NCBI GenBank assembly: GCA_965644265.1
Contig: OZ286471.1
Coordinates: 49,414,001 to 49,478,000 of the forward strand
Length of the DNA stretch: 64,000 nucleotides
Direction of reading: 5' to 3'
Source of the DNA: Glycera tridactyla
Taxonomy: Eukaryota
In this document: piece by piece, positions 28,901-43,900 of the stretch
Layout of the letters: every line of letters starts with the position of its first letter
Position numbering within the stretch: position 1 is the first letter of the stretch
Notes under the pieces: model-generated
Told to the model about the DNA's origin: nothing
Databases searched by the model: none
Seen by the model: the letters and a program-made list of their open reading frames with translations, nothing else
Made by a program: the position numbers and the translations under genes

Positions 28901-31900
28901 TTCTATTCATTGACAGTTAAAAAAACGTATCCCGGCAGTAATCAAACGTCTTGTCCTAGGTGTTCATGTGCCCTTTGTAGATTGTCATATGACTTATTTA
29001 ATAAGACTTCATGCTTTTTGACATGTACACAAGGAGCTCCTTCCTATTTTCACCTTTCCATGGCCTCATTGCAATGTATCTCAGTTGAAACTCCATTTCA
29101 TGCCAATATTTAAGGTTTGGCCCATGCCTACACCTCATATTAAATCTCAATCCATGATTTATTTTTTCATCTTGCATATTATTACCTCACATAAATTTCC
29201 TCTTGAGTAGATTCCAACTATTGCTTCTCAAATCCAGTATGTTGAACTGCTTTGTTTCTCTCCCTCAACTTATTTTGAATCTTTTCCACCACTGGATGAT
29301 TGCTGATTGTCCATTGTGTGAAGATGTTCTCCAGGTCCTTGTTTTGTATGCATTCAGTGTATTGATATCTCAGGCTCCCTCATGTTTGTTACAAAATCCC
29401 AATCATTTGAGAGACTTAATAATGATGAGACATTTTCAGAATTTGGCTGATGAGTTTTATTGCAGGCATAGCACTGTTAGCTTTGGGAATTTGATGCCAG
29501 GGTCTGAGTGATTTGAATAATTTGGAAGTGAGACATCATTGATAAACTGGCTTACAACAAGAAACAAGCTGTCCTGTAAGAAAAATGTTCCTTGCACAGT
29601 ATTTTTCTGTTATATATGCCTTTCTAGTAAGTTTAATACCAAAAACAGAATAAAGTCTAATGACGTAAGAAGTTCACATATAAGAATTAAGTCTGTTCCT
29701 CCCATGTTCATGGCTGACAAGATTGTTCAGGATATGAAATGGATCCAGAACACTCCATGTATACTCACAAGTTATTGAACCTCCACAGTTTTACTCATGT
29801 ATTGATGACTCACATTGCTTTTTTTCATTCTACTGTTTTTATAGTGAGTAAGCACAGCATCCCATCAAGGATGATTTTATTTGTTCCTTGAATATACTTT
29901 CACCACAACACATGACTGAGAAAAACAGATCTTTCCATTGAAACAATGAATACATATACTTTCCTCTCTGAAAATCCTAGCCAGTTGACTAGAGCTATAT
30001 ATGTAATATAAAATTTGATGCCTGTTTGATTATTCCAATTTCCGACTATGTCAATGGAGTAATTTCTTATATTGGATTTTTTTAAGAGTAATTAGTGGAT
30101 TGCTGTGTCTTCTTTTTCTATATAGTCATTTCATTCACCATTCATTTCATTTGTTGAGACAAAGAATTGCCTCTCTCAAGAATGTGAAAATATCCTCATT
30201 TCATGTATTTACCACCCATATGTCTGATGTTGCCTATATTGAGTTCGATAAATGTTGCCTATCATTTGGTATAATAATTGATTCTGAATGAGGTCATGCT
30301 GTCATTGGGTAATCTTGTTTGTTGTATATCCTTCCCTTTTCTAGGACCAACAGAACCACCAGCACAGTGTCTGTATTACCAGTATCGATGTGATAATGGG
30401 CTCTGTATTGACGCCCGTGTGGTTTGTAATTCATACGATGATTGCGGAGATGGCTCAGATGAAAAACGATGCGGTGAGCATCCTAGTCAAGGCTGCACAC
30501 TTTGCATCCAGAATATAAACTCTATGTCAGCTGGAACTGTGATGAGAAGAAAAGACCACCCTAATTTCTCCAATATGTGACAACTCGTAACAAGTATGAG
30601 TTCATGGTATTATATTTCTCTCCTAAATTGGATTCACTAGCTTGTGTATCCATCCATTTCCGGTTGAACACCAATCCTGCAATTTCAGCTAAATTTTTAC
30701 TACCACTCTACTCACATGGATGCCATTCCTGGAGATGTAGCAATGCTCACGCATCCTATGTAGAATATGGTTTTCTCTGAACCGCAGGCACATGCCGAAA
30801 GCATCTCACAACTGCTTTCACCAACAAGTAGTCCCTAAGTAAAACCAGTGACTTCTGTGAATTGTCGTAATTTGGCTAACTCTCATTTCTTTTGACAGCC
30901 ATGTTGCTCTCCATGACTTTGTATTCAATCTGATCCTAACTTATTTGATGTATCACATTGATGAAAACATGGATAAAAACCAAGATGAGTAATTGGCATC
31001 TATGAGCTGCAAGAATTCTCGATATCTATCTTTGACTGAAGTAGATAATCACGCCGAGTTGAAGTGCCTGCACTAGATCCAGATGTCCCAATTTCACAGC
31101 ACTCAAATTCACTATTCTGGTAGAAATGACTGCCCTGCATTCTCTGCCATTTATCTCCAGTTTGTCAGTCACATTGGGCTAATTAGGTGGGTCTTTGACA
31201 TGATCACAATCTTTGCTGACAGAAGTTAGCTCTAACCTAGTCAAGTTCTCACTACCATTGATTTCTTTCTTTTCCATGATCTCCTTAATCAAGGCTCACA
31301 CTCAGGCATCAACAGATTTCTCTGTATCTATGATGATGATTTTCCATTTGAGATTGTTATATGGTTGCATCTTCCTCTCTGAAGGCTAATGCAGGTGCTG
31401 GAACTGTAACTACACTCACCACATCCTCAATATCTTCATTGGTATTGCTGAACAATAATATTGTCAAATGTCAGAAAGACATTGTATTTTCATGTTGGAG
31501 CATTTTCCTATCTGAATTGGAAGTCAATGGTCGACATGTCGCTCATATTGACTGTTTTTAGCAGTGATCAATGATCTTAAAGAAGAATGGAATTTCCATC
31601 CAAATTCATGTGCTCTCTTTGCTCATGCACCGGCACATCTATTCAGCTGTATGCAACCTACATACTCATGTCAGCTACATGTATGTGGTTTAAATCTTTC
31701 CAACACGATGATCAACATCAGCACTTGTAAAAAGAGGGAGGTGAACTATATATTATCTTGGTAGTGATTTATTCTCACTTATTGACTGATACCCGTCTCT
31801 TATTCTCTTCTGACTGCTCAAGAATTTTTCATTATCTGATTTTTTCATCTGTATTGAAGATTCAAACCGGCATTTCAAATTCATCATCCCTTTTATTCTT

Positions 31901-34900
31901 TCAAGTTTGAATTTCATTCATCTCAACCAAACACATCATCTATATTTCCTGTCACTCACTATTCTACAATCATTTACCTTCAGTTCATATCTCATAGATG
32001 TGTTTCCACTGCTGTTCACTTTTACACACCTTAGATGCTATCTTGATAATTAAGTACTGTTGCACTTTCAATTGAGTTTCTCTAGTATTTTTTGCATCAG
32101 ATCAACATTTGTACCAGTATTGCCTTCTTCGAGATTACTTTCTGTGATGCATGGCCAGGGATTGCATCATCCTGTTTGTTCTGATATTTCACAAGGAATC
32201 ACCAGCTTTGTTCATCCCACAAGATTCCTCACTGAATGCTCATAGTTAAGGATGTTCCTGCTTGGTCATCAGTCATTTTATGGCATTCGGTTACAAGTTC
32301 TTTCATTATGATGTAGAGTGAATGCATTCATATAGCTGATAAGATGCATGGTCACAATTCTCTTTTATGTCATGGTATAAGCTCTCATTTTTCTATTTCT
32401 ATTTTTATATCGTCCTTTGCTAAGATGTCTCAATTTTATCAGCTGCATACTGAAATTCTGTTGTGTACCTGAAAATCACTCTCATTATTCCATATCCAGG
32501 ATACAAGTACACTGATTGCAAATTGAGAGTTGAAGTTATCAACTATTGATTGATTACGGTCGTCAGGATCAGATTGTGCCATCAAAATGAGGATCTTCTG
32601 TTTATTTTCTTTCCTACTTTTGTCAAAGGTGGATTACGTAAGATTAGATATTGGGTGTCTGATCTTCTGATAATGGGTGTGAATGTGAAAGGTATACTCT
32701 AGAATATTCTCAGTTCGAGCCATCTGCGAAATCCAGCAGTTTCATGTGATGTCAGTGCTGTTGAGGATTAATTTGATTTGATTTGAAAAAAATTATTTTA
32801 ATTTGTCACCAAGAATTACCCCTATGACAGAGGCTTTTCTGCTGCAGTTAAGTTCACAAAATTCAATGAACATTTGATCTAGTTACTATCGAAAATCCTC
32901 TCAATCATTGAGTAGATTTGTATGTACTGAGATGAAAATGGCAACTCATTCAGTTAAAGTTGTTCTGTAGTATAAGCTAATATACAGTTTTGCAAAGAGG
33001 GGATTCCATGTTTGTGGACAAGCTGGGACACCAAGTCTGGTAAGCTGGTGCTCCATGTACTTCTTTGGTGGTCCACCCATGTATTCTTATGTCAAATTAC
33101 TGGAATCTGGTGGTTGGGCTGGGTCTGTGCTGTTTGTATATGAGGTCCACACAAAAAGATGTCGCCCACCAAACCACTGCCGAGTATACCTGCCATAGGC
33201 GATTGTGCGACATAGAAAAGGGACTCCTTGGAATATTTAGGTGGCTCTGCATACAAAATCTGGTGGAGCATAAAGTTGGAACCTTTGGATTTGAAGTATA
33301 TCATTGAACCTATCAGCAAGATGATTTGAAGTGATCTGTTTATCCATTTCAATACATGATCCACTATTGTCTCCTTCATTACCACAGATGAAACATCAGG
33401 TACCAAATCACCGAGAACTGAACCACCCCTCACTGCACCATCAACTGAACTCCCTGACATTGGACCAACCCCAACTCTGTGTGGGGAGGCCATGTTTCGG
33501 TGTGGTAATGGGGTGTGCATTGACATACAGTATGTATGCGATGACTATGATGACTGCGGTGATTTGAGCGATGAAAACGATTGCGATACTGAAGATGGTG
33601 AGCGATCGCAGTGCTGTCGATCACTTAAGATTATGCATTTACATCCCTTTCATCAGGATATGACTTGATGCTAACTATCATTGCTGTTATATATTATCTG
33701 ATGAGAGAGATGTGGATGAAGTGTAGAGTAAGGCCAAACAAAATATCCAACCACATGTATCCCATTGAGTTAGTTAATGCAAGTGCCAATGATGCTCGGT
33801 GGTGGGTTGGACAGGAAACTGACCCATCATGTGTCCATCATTGATGACTTTGCAGAATGTGTAGCAGAGAGAATGTTCATCAAATTCCATTATGATATAG
33901 TGTACCCTGTAACAAGCAAGTACCTCAAATTGATGTGAATTAGGTACCTTGAGACCCAAATCCCCAAAATACCAACCATTATGATTCTGGAGTAATGATC
34001 ACTCTTTGTAGGCTGAAATTTTGCCATTTTACGCACATTACCTCAAGAAATTCCTTCTCTTATTTGATCATTGCAAATACTGCTTTAATTACTCCTAAAA
34101 ATTGGCATCATTACTCTTTCTGCTCATCAATGGTTGGCATCTCTGAAATCCCCGTACTCCAGTTCCCACAAATTTGTCCTGCTAAAATAGTGTTAATGTA
34201 TATTGCAATACATATATACATTATCAGATGCTGATACTATCAGAATCTTAACCATCCCTACCCTCATTGAAATCCTTCTGGTACAATCAATCAATATACT
34301 GTAAGTCACTTGGACGTACAGTTTGATACATAGGAGAATAGGTGAATATGTAGAGAAAGGCTGGTGAGAATTCCAAATCCCAATCAGTAAAACACCTGAC
34401 TGGAGTCAAAGAGGTGGGCAACATCAGAAGTATTCTTTGGCTCATCATTGTATGTTGAGGTACAATACTGAGTCTTCAGATGTCCTCAAGGCAATGCACA
34501 TTGTGGGAGACTGAATATTTCGATAGTCAAGTGTGAGACACCTTCATTCATTTTCCATCAGTCCTTGCTTATGCTGATATCAACATTCTTCATCCTGTCC
34601 TCACCATTCATGATTTGATCGATATCATGAGTGAATCAGTATGACAGATTATATCCCCGTTATTCATAACATGATCAATATGGATGAATATATTACGTAT
34701 TGTCAGTCCTGTCAGTCAATTCTACATCATCGATTGGTTGAAGGTGGTCAACTTGTGGCTGATAATTCATTTCAGCCGATTTTTTTTCAGATGTTTCCAT
34801 ATCATTTGAGTGCTGATTTTCGTCCCAGCTTTCTCTGTTGTATACATTGAAAGCCAGATTCGAGTATTCCCTTATTCAAGGCCGTCATAATCATGACAGA

Positions 34901-37900
34901 GATAGTTTGTCTTGCATTTGCATGATTTCATTGTCGTTTTGGTCTATTTTGCCAATAGAAACCACCCCTAGCCCCACCCCACCAGGGCCTGCCTGCGAAT
35001 GGTATGAAATGAAATGCGACAACGGGAATTGTGTTGATACTCGTCGAGAGTGTGATGGCTATGACGACTGTGGCGACGCCTCCGATGAGAGGGAGTGTGG
35101 TAAGCAGTCGTAGATAGGAACACTTTCATGCACAATCTACTTAAGACTGCACCACATGAATATAGCCTGAAAGTTTGTCTTAAATTGTTCATATATATAT
35201 CTAGACAATGATTACACATCCATGGGTCCGCCCATATCTATTAGATGTCCTAGGAATAACCTATGGATGTTGTGATTAGGACTGTGTGTGTCTCAGAAGT
35301 CATAGAACTTATATCATTTGGTTTGTATTGACCATGTGTATTCTGATTTTGGATATGAAGTGGATCAAAAAATATATTCTTCAGATAGATGATGAAATGC
35401 TGCATGCTTTTCTCCGGCACTCATTTGATTTTTATATTTGACCTATTCAATTTCACCAGGCCTGATTCTGGAATGAATCTATAATCTGTAATTTGTTTTT
35501 TTATTTTTATAGTGTGAAGGCTGTGGTGTCAGGGTTGCTGTTCAATGCTAGCATATCAGCAGGTTTTAATGTTTTCATAGGTGGTACTGTCCATTTCAAT
35601 CATTATGGATGGTGATTAGGGTTCAATTATGGAAATAATGGTTTCAGTGCCCAAAATAGTAAGATCACCTTCTCATTATAATGCACCAGCACAAGATCCC
35701 ATCCTTGTATTATATACAGTAATTCGATAATGACAGTGAATGATTGCCGATAAAAGGTCGCTGAAAAGCCCTTACACATATCTGTAGGTGACAAATCTAG
35801 ATGCGAAACAAAGATGACAGAACTGTTTTGAAACAATCTAGTATTGTAGGATGTTATACTTATCAGTATCATGATAATCAATATGGATTTATTCATGATT
35901 CCAAATTTGCAGACTGTCAGTTAGGGATATTTTGCAGCATCAATCTCGAGTTTGTTTGGCTGCTTTATTGACGTTGTCCATATTCAAGTGTAATATCCAT
36001 TCCTGAATCCTTAGTTATTTCTGAATGTAAGTGTAGTACCAGTATATATAAGAAACTAGACTAATAAGTGATTATATGCTAAGTGTATATTCATAACAAT
36101 AATAATTCAAATAATTTGACATGATAGCATCATCATTATTATTTTCATTATCATTGTTATTGTTGGTACTCCTTGAAGTTTTTGTAGGACTTGAATGATT
36201 AATTTATCATCCCATATTGTTGAAGATTTTCATCTGGCTAGCGATTTTATGCTATGATGCCCATTCTAAGAATATAAATGATAACCAGTTTATCTAGGTG
36301 GAAGATTGATGACTGGTGGCCAACTGTTCCAGAGGTGATTGCCACTAGGTGGCGGTATGACAGCATAATCATACTTCAACCTAGTCATCATCAGTTTTGA
36401 AAAAGGGGGCAACCTGTCATCAAAACTGTCAATCCATAAATAATTTACATATATGATTTGACAGTTGTCATCATTTAAAACAAGTGCTTTGATTTTCCAT
36501 TGCTCTGTGTGTGTTGCATGCAGAAGCCACCCCAGGTCCATCTTGTGAGTGGTATCATCTGGTCTGTGACAATGGCCAGTGTGTAGATATCCAACTTGAA
36601 TGTGACGGATACGATGACTGTGGGGATGGCTCAGATGAGAGGGACTGTGGTAAGCTGGTAGTCATAGGTCGTGTCCCCGGCACTTAGTTGTTCACAGGAG
36701 TCACTTTATATCATCCATTCACTTAGACAACACTTGTGCATGAATACCCTCACTCACATGCCACCTTCCTTGAGAAAGTATGTTGTTACGGACTGAAGTG
36801 TCATTTTTTTCTTCTCATGCAATTCGGGACATCATATGCTGCCTTTGCTCATGATGCAGTATATCATCCATTAGCGGCTGATGGGTTGTGGCTTAGAGCT
36901 GGTCAGGAGTCAAGATTCCTTCAATCTTGGCTGGGCCGCCAGGTCTCCCTCCTTCTCGGGTATGGAATTCAAAGGCCCGAAACCCCAGCCTGGTATTTCA
37001 CTGATGACCTGTCTGACTCTGTCTCAGCTGTTCATGGTGTTGCTGAGTCAGTTTTCTGTGGGACATGTTTGAGACATTTTTCTTCATTGGTATCTCTATC
37101 AAATGACATGATGATCAAAAGGATGGTGATCCCACTTCCAGGGATAGATATTAAGACCTTGTAATGGCCTGGACAATAGGATATGCAGATTCTTCTAATG
37201 TCTCCACCATATTGCATTGTATTTTGAAGATGTTTTTGATAGTTAATATCAACCAATCTACATTTTCTCCTTCCATCAAGATTTGCCAAAATGTATACTC
37301 TGACTCGTTGATGTGGTATTATATATACAGTGATATATGATATAACCGAGGCACATGCATCTCAGCATATTTCGAAATAATTCTGTCATTTGGGGCACAT
37401 CCAAATTTGAATTGTCACATCAGTTCTGCATCTATGTGCCGTATATGCCCATAGACAGTTACAGTTATGATGTATTCCAATGCTCAAGGTTGTTCTGATA
37501 TAAGTTGAACATCATTGATGCGAGGTAAGAATGAGTGAACTACAGTTGGTTCACCTTTTTTGTGGCAGCTTTTTTCCATGGATGATTCTCTGGAGTATAC
37601 TTCTAAATGATGAATAATGATGTCGCTACTGACTATTGTCATTGTCGCTCAGATAGCTCTATGAATTTCACCCATCTCGACAGTGTTGATGAGTGAAATA
37701 GTATGTAATGAAAGCGGGCCCGGGTTTGTTTATTGCCGTGACGCAAAAGTTGAATGTGCAACGCTGTCAGTTGACATGTGACCTCGATTATTATGCCATA
37801 AGGCAATTCCCTGTGTCAGAACCGTCACGTATGCATTATATAAGCATACGACAATGCACTGATCAACTATTGGCGCTGAAATCATATGTTTGTCTTTGCA

Positions 37901-40900
37901 ATTTCTGGTGTTTCTGTTGAATTCTCATTAGGTTATTGACAACTTCAATTGATGTTTATTGAACAAATACAGGCATCGTAACTCATAGAGGGTGATCTGC
38001 AAAAAACAGATGCCACAAAATAAGATGAACCGACTTTAGCTTTGATTTGATGAAGAATTTTGACATTAAATCTATTATGACTTGTTCTAGCGAGGGTTGG
38101 TTTGCATTCTGGTTCCCTCCACCATTCTGGAGTCTATATCTCAGAAATGGCTGAATTGACATTGCACATATTCTCGCAACCACATTTCAAATACATGTTG
38201 CACCTCCTGCATGAATTACCTTTCTTCATTTTCATGACCAGTGATTTCAAATTTCCCATTTTTGATCCAAGATGAATTCGTAACTCAGGAATTCATGCCC
38301 GAGAAATATTCAATTCCTATTAGAGATTGAAATTGAATGCCATGGCAAAACTGACCTATTGTGAATATTTCTCAATTCGCTCAAAAATAGTCAACAATCT
38401 TCACAATTCCATGGAGATGTAAACACGATCACATTTTATACACCCTATGCCAGTACTGCTGGTAAGAATACGATTTCTTGTGAAATTTCCCCACAAACAT
38501 CAGCATCATGGTGAAAATATGTGTCAGACCTGCTGCTGACTCCATCAAGACGTGACCATTTCCCGTGGATGGAGGAGAATTGGAGGAAAGCCATTTATGT
38601 GGTGAAAAGTGTTTGAACTGTACCAAGGTAGATGGTCCATATACACTGTACAGTCAAAGTGGCGTTGAAAGTTTTTGAAGCTTTCTGGGTAGACCCCCAA
38701 GACCCTGCCTTCAGCTTATGGCAAATTTGCTTGAGTAGGGTCATCACATGATCCCATTGTTGGGATCGTATCATGTGACTGGCGGATGACTTCCTGATTT
38801 ATTGGTAGTCTGGACTGTGTTATCATTTCCACTAACAAATATCCTACCCATATTTGAAGATTACCCACTACCATGGTTCAAATTTTGAATCCAATATTTT
38901 GACCTGCATGAAACCTGCTTTTCTGCAATATCGCTTATGAATAAATCCACATTTTGTTGAATGAGTAGATCCTGGATAGGTGCATATGAAATATTTATTA
39001 TGAAATAGAGAGATGTGGTTCGATCTCATGCTTTAGGAGCTTTGAAGTTGTATTCATGGGAGAAGTTGCGATGGTAACATAATATGAGGAAATTTCACGG
39101 TTAAGACCCTTGTCAATATAATAATCCTGTGAACTGTTGCCTCAAAGCTTGTCTGTTTATGTTAGATTGTTCATCCTGTGTGTGTAGTGGTGGTAGTAGT
39201 CAGTGAACTTAAGAGAGGGAACTTGACCTGTATTGCATACATGTTGCAGTAGACCAAATGATTTAAGTCACCATATCTTCAGTTGAAAACAGAAGAAAAT
39301 TTGAATGTCTCTCTCATGGAGAATCATGTAGTACCTATCGACTTTGATCTCAAATTATTTCCCATGATATTTTGCATTCAGTCTCAATTCTCATTTTGGA
39401 TGTAACATCAAATATCAGATGTAATATGTATAGTTTCATGTTGAAATAAGATAGTGTAAAGACAATTGGATCACTACCATAAAGTATTTTGACTTGATTT
39501 ACCATACTAGTTGGATGTTTTTTTGAGTGGTGCCAATTATTTTCAATATCAATGCATCCTCATCTGCTCATATATCGAATCTATATCAGGTGACGCAGGA
39601 GAATCACGTTAGTAGGAGTTGTCTCATTCAACTAAATTCAGGCATTTGAGAATTATTGAAACGATAACTCTTTCACTGATAAGAATTTATATTTCTTTGT
39701 ACCCAGTGACGCGATTTTATGTTGCTTTCAAAACCTGCATTGCATGATCCTGAAGTGAAGCTTTGCTGTCTTTTATGTGAAAGCCACCTCTATTCCCACA
39801 CCTGTGCCTGACTGCGAATGGTATGAAATGGTTTGTGACAACGGGAATTGTGTTGACAATCGACGAAGATGTGACTCTTACGATGACTGTGGAGATCGTT
39901 CTGATGAACGGAATTGTGGTAAGCCTGTCATGAATAGGAGTGTCTCATGCACAAATCAATACTCCTCTGTACAGTAATGGCAGAATTCTCAGCAAATATT
40001 GATCACAATGAAGCTTTTGTCAAGCGATTGACCCCTGATTGGGCACTCCTTTCTCAAAGCAGCCTTTCTAATCAATATGGTCATATATGCCTCTGATGTG
40101 AGCCCATTACATTTGTAGAACTTTGTTGACATTTTAGCTGGTTGCTTGTCATGGCTTCTATGTTATGGTCATGAATTCACTGAAAGGATACCAAAGACAT
40201 TTATGTGTCTTTAGCTTACTTCATGAGGCAAGGGAATGGGAACCTGTTGATAAGAATCTGTTCAGTCAGAGAAAATCTGCTCCCCATGGCATGCCAAGCA
40301 GTGGAGAGCAAGGCTTTCTCTCAGTGAATCAACTGTTATCAGTGATGTTCTAAAGAGTTTCAATGCTATGTACCCAAACGGAATGACATTGCTCTGTTTG
40401 ATTAAGGGCTGGCATCACATGTTTGCTGGGTGGTATTTGCATGCGATGAGATGCAGAGCTGAGTCAGTGATTACATGAGCAACACTTGTGAAGATGAGGT
40501 ATCTTCCAATGAAAATGTGCCTTTCACCAGATCATGACCAAATGATGATCAGATTCGTGTTTAAGGATGCAGCTAGTCACAAAATTACAGACACCGCTAG
40601 ATCTTTCTGATAAAATAACAACCTGGTGGGTTAATTTGCAATGGTTTAACCATTTTAAAATGACAATTTAGCTGATTTGTACTAAGCAGGCATGGATGGT
40701 TTGTGGTCATGAATAGCGAGTAATTGATGATCACATGTCTGGTGAAGGGGTTATATGCCAGTCGACTACAGAAAAAGTAGCTCTCCTCTGCGAATGGTTT
40801 GTTAGAGCTTCAAATTAATCTGTGATTCAGCATATGAGGTGTTGCTCACTTGTTGCTAGTACACTGCTAACATCTCATCCCTTGCATCTGCCATTTTATT

Positions 40901-43900
40901 CTTGCCCTCCCACAGAGAAGTATTGGTTCTATGCACAATTTATGCAAGACAGCACCACAAATGGAAATGTTCAGTTTTTCATGCACAGTGTAATCGAGAC
41001 TGCACCAGAGAATGAAAGTATTTCAGGTAAATTCATCATGTTTGATGTCTGCCTCATCCTATATATCTGCACCTGCATGAAGGCACCAGCATGGTATCCT
41101 GAGCATGGTTGACCGAGAATTGAATTCCTCGCAAAGATGCCTGATGAGGGGACGAGGCTCCTGGAACTGAGATTCTTGGCAACTGGAAGACCACCTACTG
41201 GTACTGAATCAAGTCATTGCTCAATCCACCAGCCTCCAACTAACAGTTATACTAAATGTGCACCTAGAAGGAATGTGGAAGAGGGAACAAACTAGGCTTG
41301 AATAGGAAGCCACTGGGTCGAGTGTCAGTAGTGGATGCATGAACCAGATTGAAGGAAGTAGCCTCATAAAAGTTCTGTTTCAACTTCTTATACCAGAAAC
41401 TGGCTACCAGAAAGTTTCTATGGAAATATTTCTGAAGTCTTTCCTGGTTGTACACATTACTTCCATGCCACCTGCATGTTCATTGTATTCAATCTCACAT
41501 CAGGAGAGCATGCTTGGAATGGCCAAACCCCATAGATATATTGTGCATGCCTTTGACATTTTCTGCTCCCTACCGGATAGTGTGAGAGTGATCTTTGGGT
41601 GATCTGCCTTGATCTTTCTTCCAGATTTGTGCCCAGCAAGGAACACAGAACACCCTCAAGCTACCAACCTACCTGCTGTCAAATGACAGGCCATGCTCAA
41701 TCACTTGATGCACTGGCACTTGATGTATGGTTCATAATGACCAGTGATATTCTACTCATGACATATTTCTAGCATATTTTATTTTCCCAGCATGTTGAAT
41801 CCTAGTTGAGGGTAAGAATTATGAATATGCGCTGTTATCGTCAGTGAACAATCAGCATGTGTATTATGAATGAATTAGGGCCTGACAAAGATATTTCACT
41901 GCATGTGGTGAGAGTTCCTCAGCATGAATATCTAAACCTATTTTTTTCCTTGACACTCCCTGAGAGAGCTGTGTAATCGAAGGGGTTATTGTCATACAGT
42001 GATTTATGTGTTGTCCAGCATTGAGATATTGCAGTATCTGAAAAACTTGGGCATTGCAGTTGTAGACCATGTATCAGGAAGGAAGAGCAATGCCTTGGAA
42101 CGCCAACCACTGCATATATGTTAATCCTGAACAGAGGTGATGAATTATTTTGTATTTGTCATATTAGGTGTTGAGCCATCATGCACACCTGAGGAGCTGG
42201 CGTGCGACAGTGGGGAGTGTATTCCACTTGAAAGTCAGTGTGATGGTTATGATGATTGCGGGGATGGCACAGATGAGAGGGACTGTGGTAAGATATCGTA
42301 GGCGATATACTAATTAAGGGATAGTTAAGTGATGAAATATACAATCTCTGAGATGATTTGAAAGCATGACAAAAACACTAGTTACGCATGAATGCTTCTC
42401 AGAGGATTCACAGTATGGAGCCCCAAGATAATGTGGAGCGGTTGGGTCCACCAAAGTACTAAGGATGCAAAAATGATGTGAACAGTCACAATCAAGTTCA
42501 TTGAAGAATGAGAGGCATTTCAGAGCATGCCAAAGCCTCTGGATAAGGCATGGAAGCTTTTTAGGGAATTGGACCATAGGATCTGGTCAGACTGGTCAAT
42601 TCACTGTGAGCATGATAAAGAAACAATGGCACCTGGAAATCAGTGTGATTGATGCAGTGGCATCATAAATATATCCATTCGGATGGCAAAATTGTCAATT
42701 TCTCTCACCCAAGAAATGACCCATGGAGGTGATGACTTACTTTTCTATAATTTTTTGTGTCCATTATGAGCGGTGCCAGTGCATCAAGTGCAGGTAATTA
42801 TTTGTTCACTGTGAGCTGTACTAGTGCATCAAGTGAAGGTATATTAGTGGTGCAGATAGTCAGTTGTCCACTGTGAGCTGTGCTTAGTGCATCAAGTGAA
42901 GGAATATTGGTGGTGCAGATAGTCATTTGTCTCCTGTGAGCTGTGCCAGTGCATCAAGTGAAGGAATATTGTTGGTGCATCGAGTGCAGATAATTAATTG
43001 TCCACTGTGAGCTGTACTAGTGCATCAAGTGAAGGTATATTGGTGGTGCAGATAGTTATTTTTCCACTGAGCTGTGCTGGTTCATCAAGTGAAGGAATAT
43101 TGGTGGTTCAGGTCATCATTTGTCCACTGTGAGCTGTGCCAGTGCATCATTTGTAGGAATGTTGGTGGTGCAGATAGTCATTTGTCCAGTGTTCTAGTGT
43201 TTACATGTGCCTATTATGAGTGGCAGTGCATGAGTGGCATGAGTATTAATTCCCGTTGTTTTTGTGATAGCTACTCTAGCTGTTAATGCAAGTCAGAACT
43301 AGACAGCCATATATCCCAACAATACGAATTTAATTCAAGATTGTAGTTTCTCCTGAGCATCAAATTGAATAATAACTGATACATTCATATGGCCAAGTGG
43401 CGCAGCTTCATTTTGCATGGTTTTATAGTTTGTTTACTTCATTCCTGGTTGCCATGGCAACCATGGAAACAGCAAATTTGCACCTGAAATGATATATTTG
43501 TCAATGGCGTGAGCTTTTCATGCTATATGGATTCAAAATTTTCACCCAGGGATATTCAGTGACCTAGTCTGAGCAATACATCTTGAGGGGGATTTGCATA
43601 TCACATCAGTTCTAGATATCATAGATATCATATCAGTTCTAGATATATCCCACTTGAAATAGGTAAATTCGGGCAAATTTGGGATAATTTCAACATTTCA
43701 GGTTGAATATCTCCCACAGGAGAGCACAAATCAAAATCCCCCTGATTGTGGAGAGTCGATGTATGTCTATTTCAATGATTACAAATAATTGACCTAATAT
43801 CTATAGTTAGGTGGCGCCAGAGTCAAATGTCCCATTCTGGTTGAAAAATCCTTGTTTCCATGGTTACCATGGCAACCAGGGTCATGGTAACCATGACATT

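Noticed and set aside
33598-33625. IRE-like CAGUGC loop after the A3 donor
   Set aside because: It lacks the canonical 5-bp upper stem with C-bulge, is intronic, and is not shared by other cassettes.
38440-38630. Cys-containing frame ([12 protein letters not shown]) before an AG|GTAG
   Set aside because: Stops nearby, no LDLa or LE pattern, and no phase-compatible acceptor.
40985-41032. Possible micro-exon ending TCAG|GTAAAT
   Set aside because: No convincing in-phase acceptor and no domain similarity.
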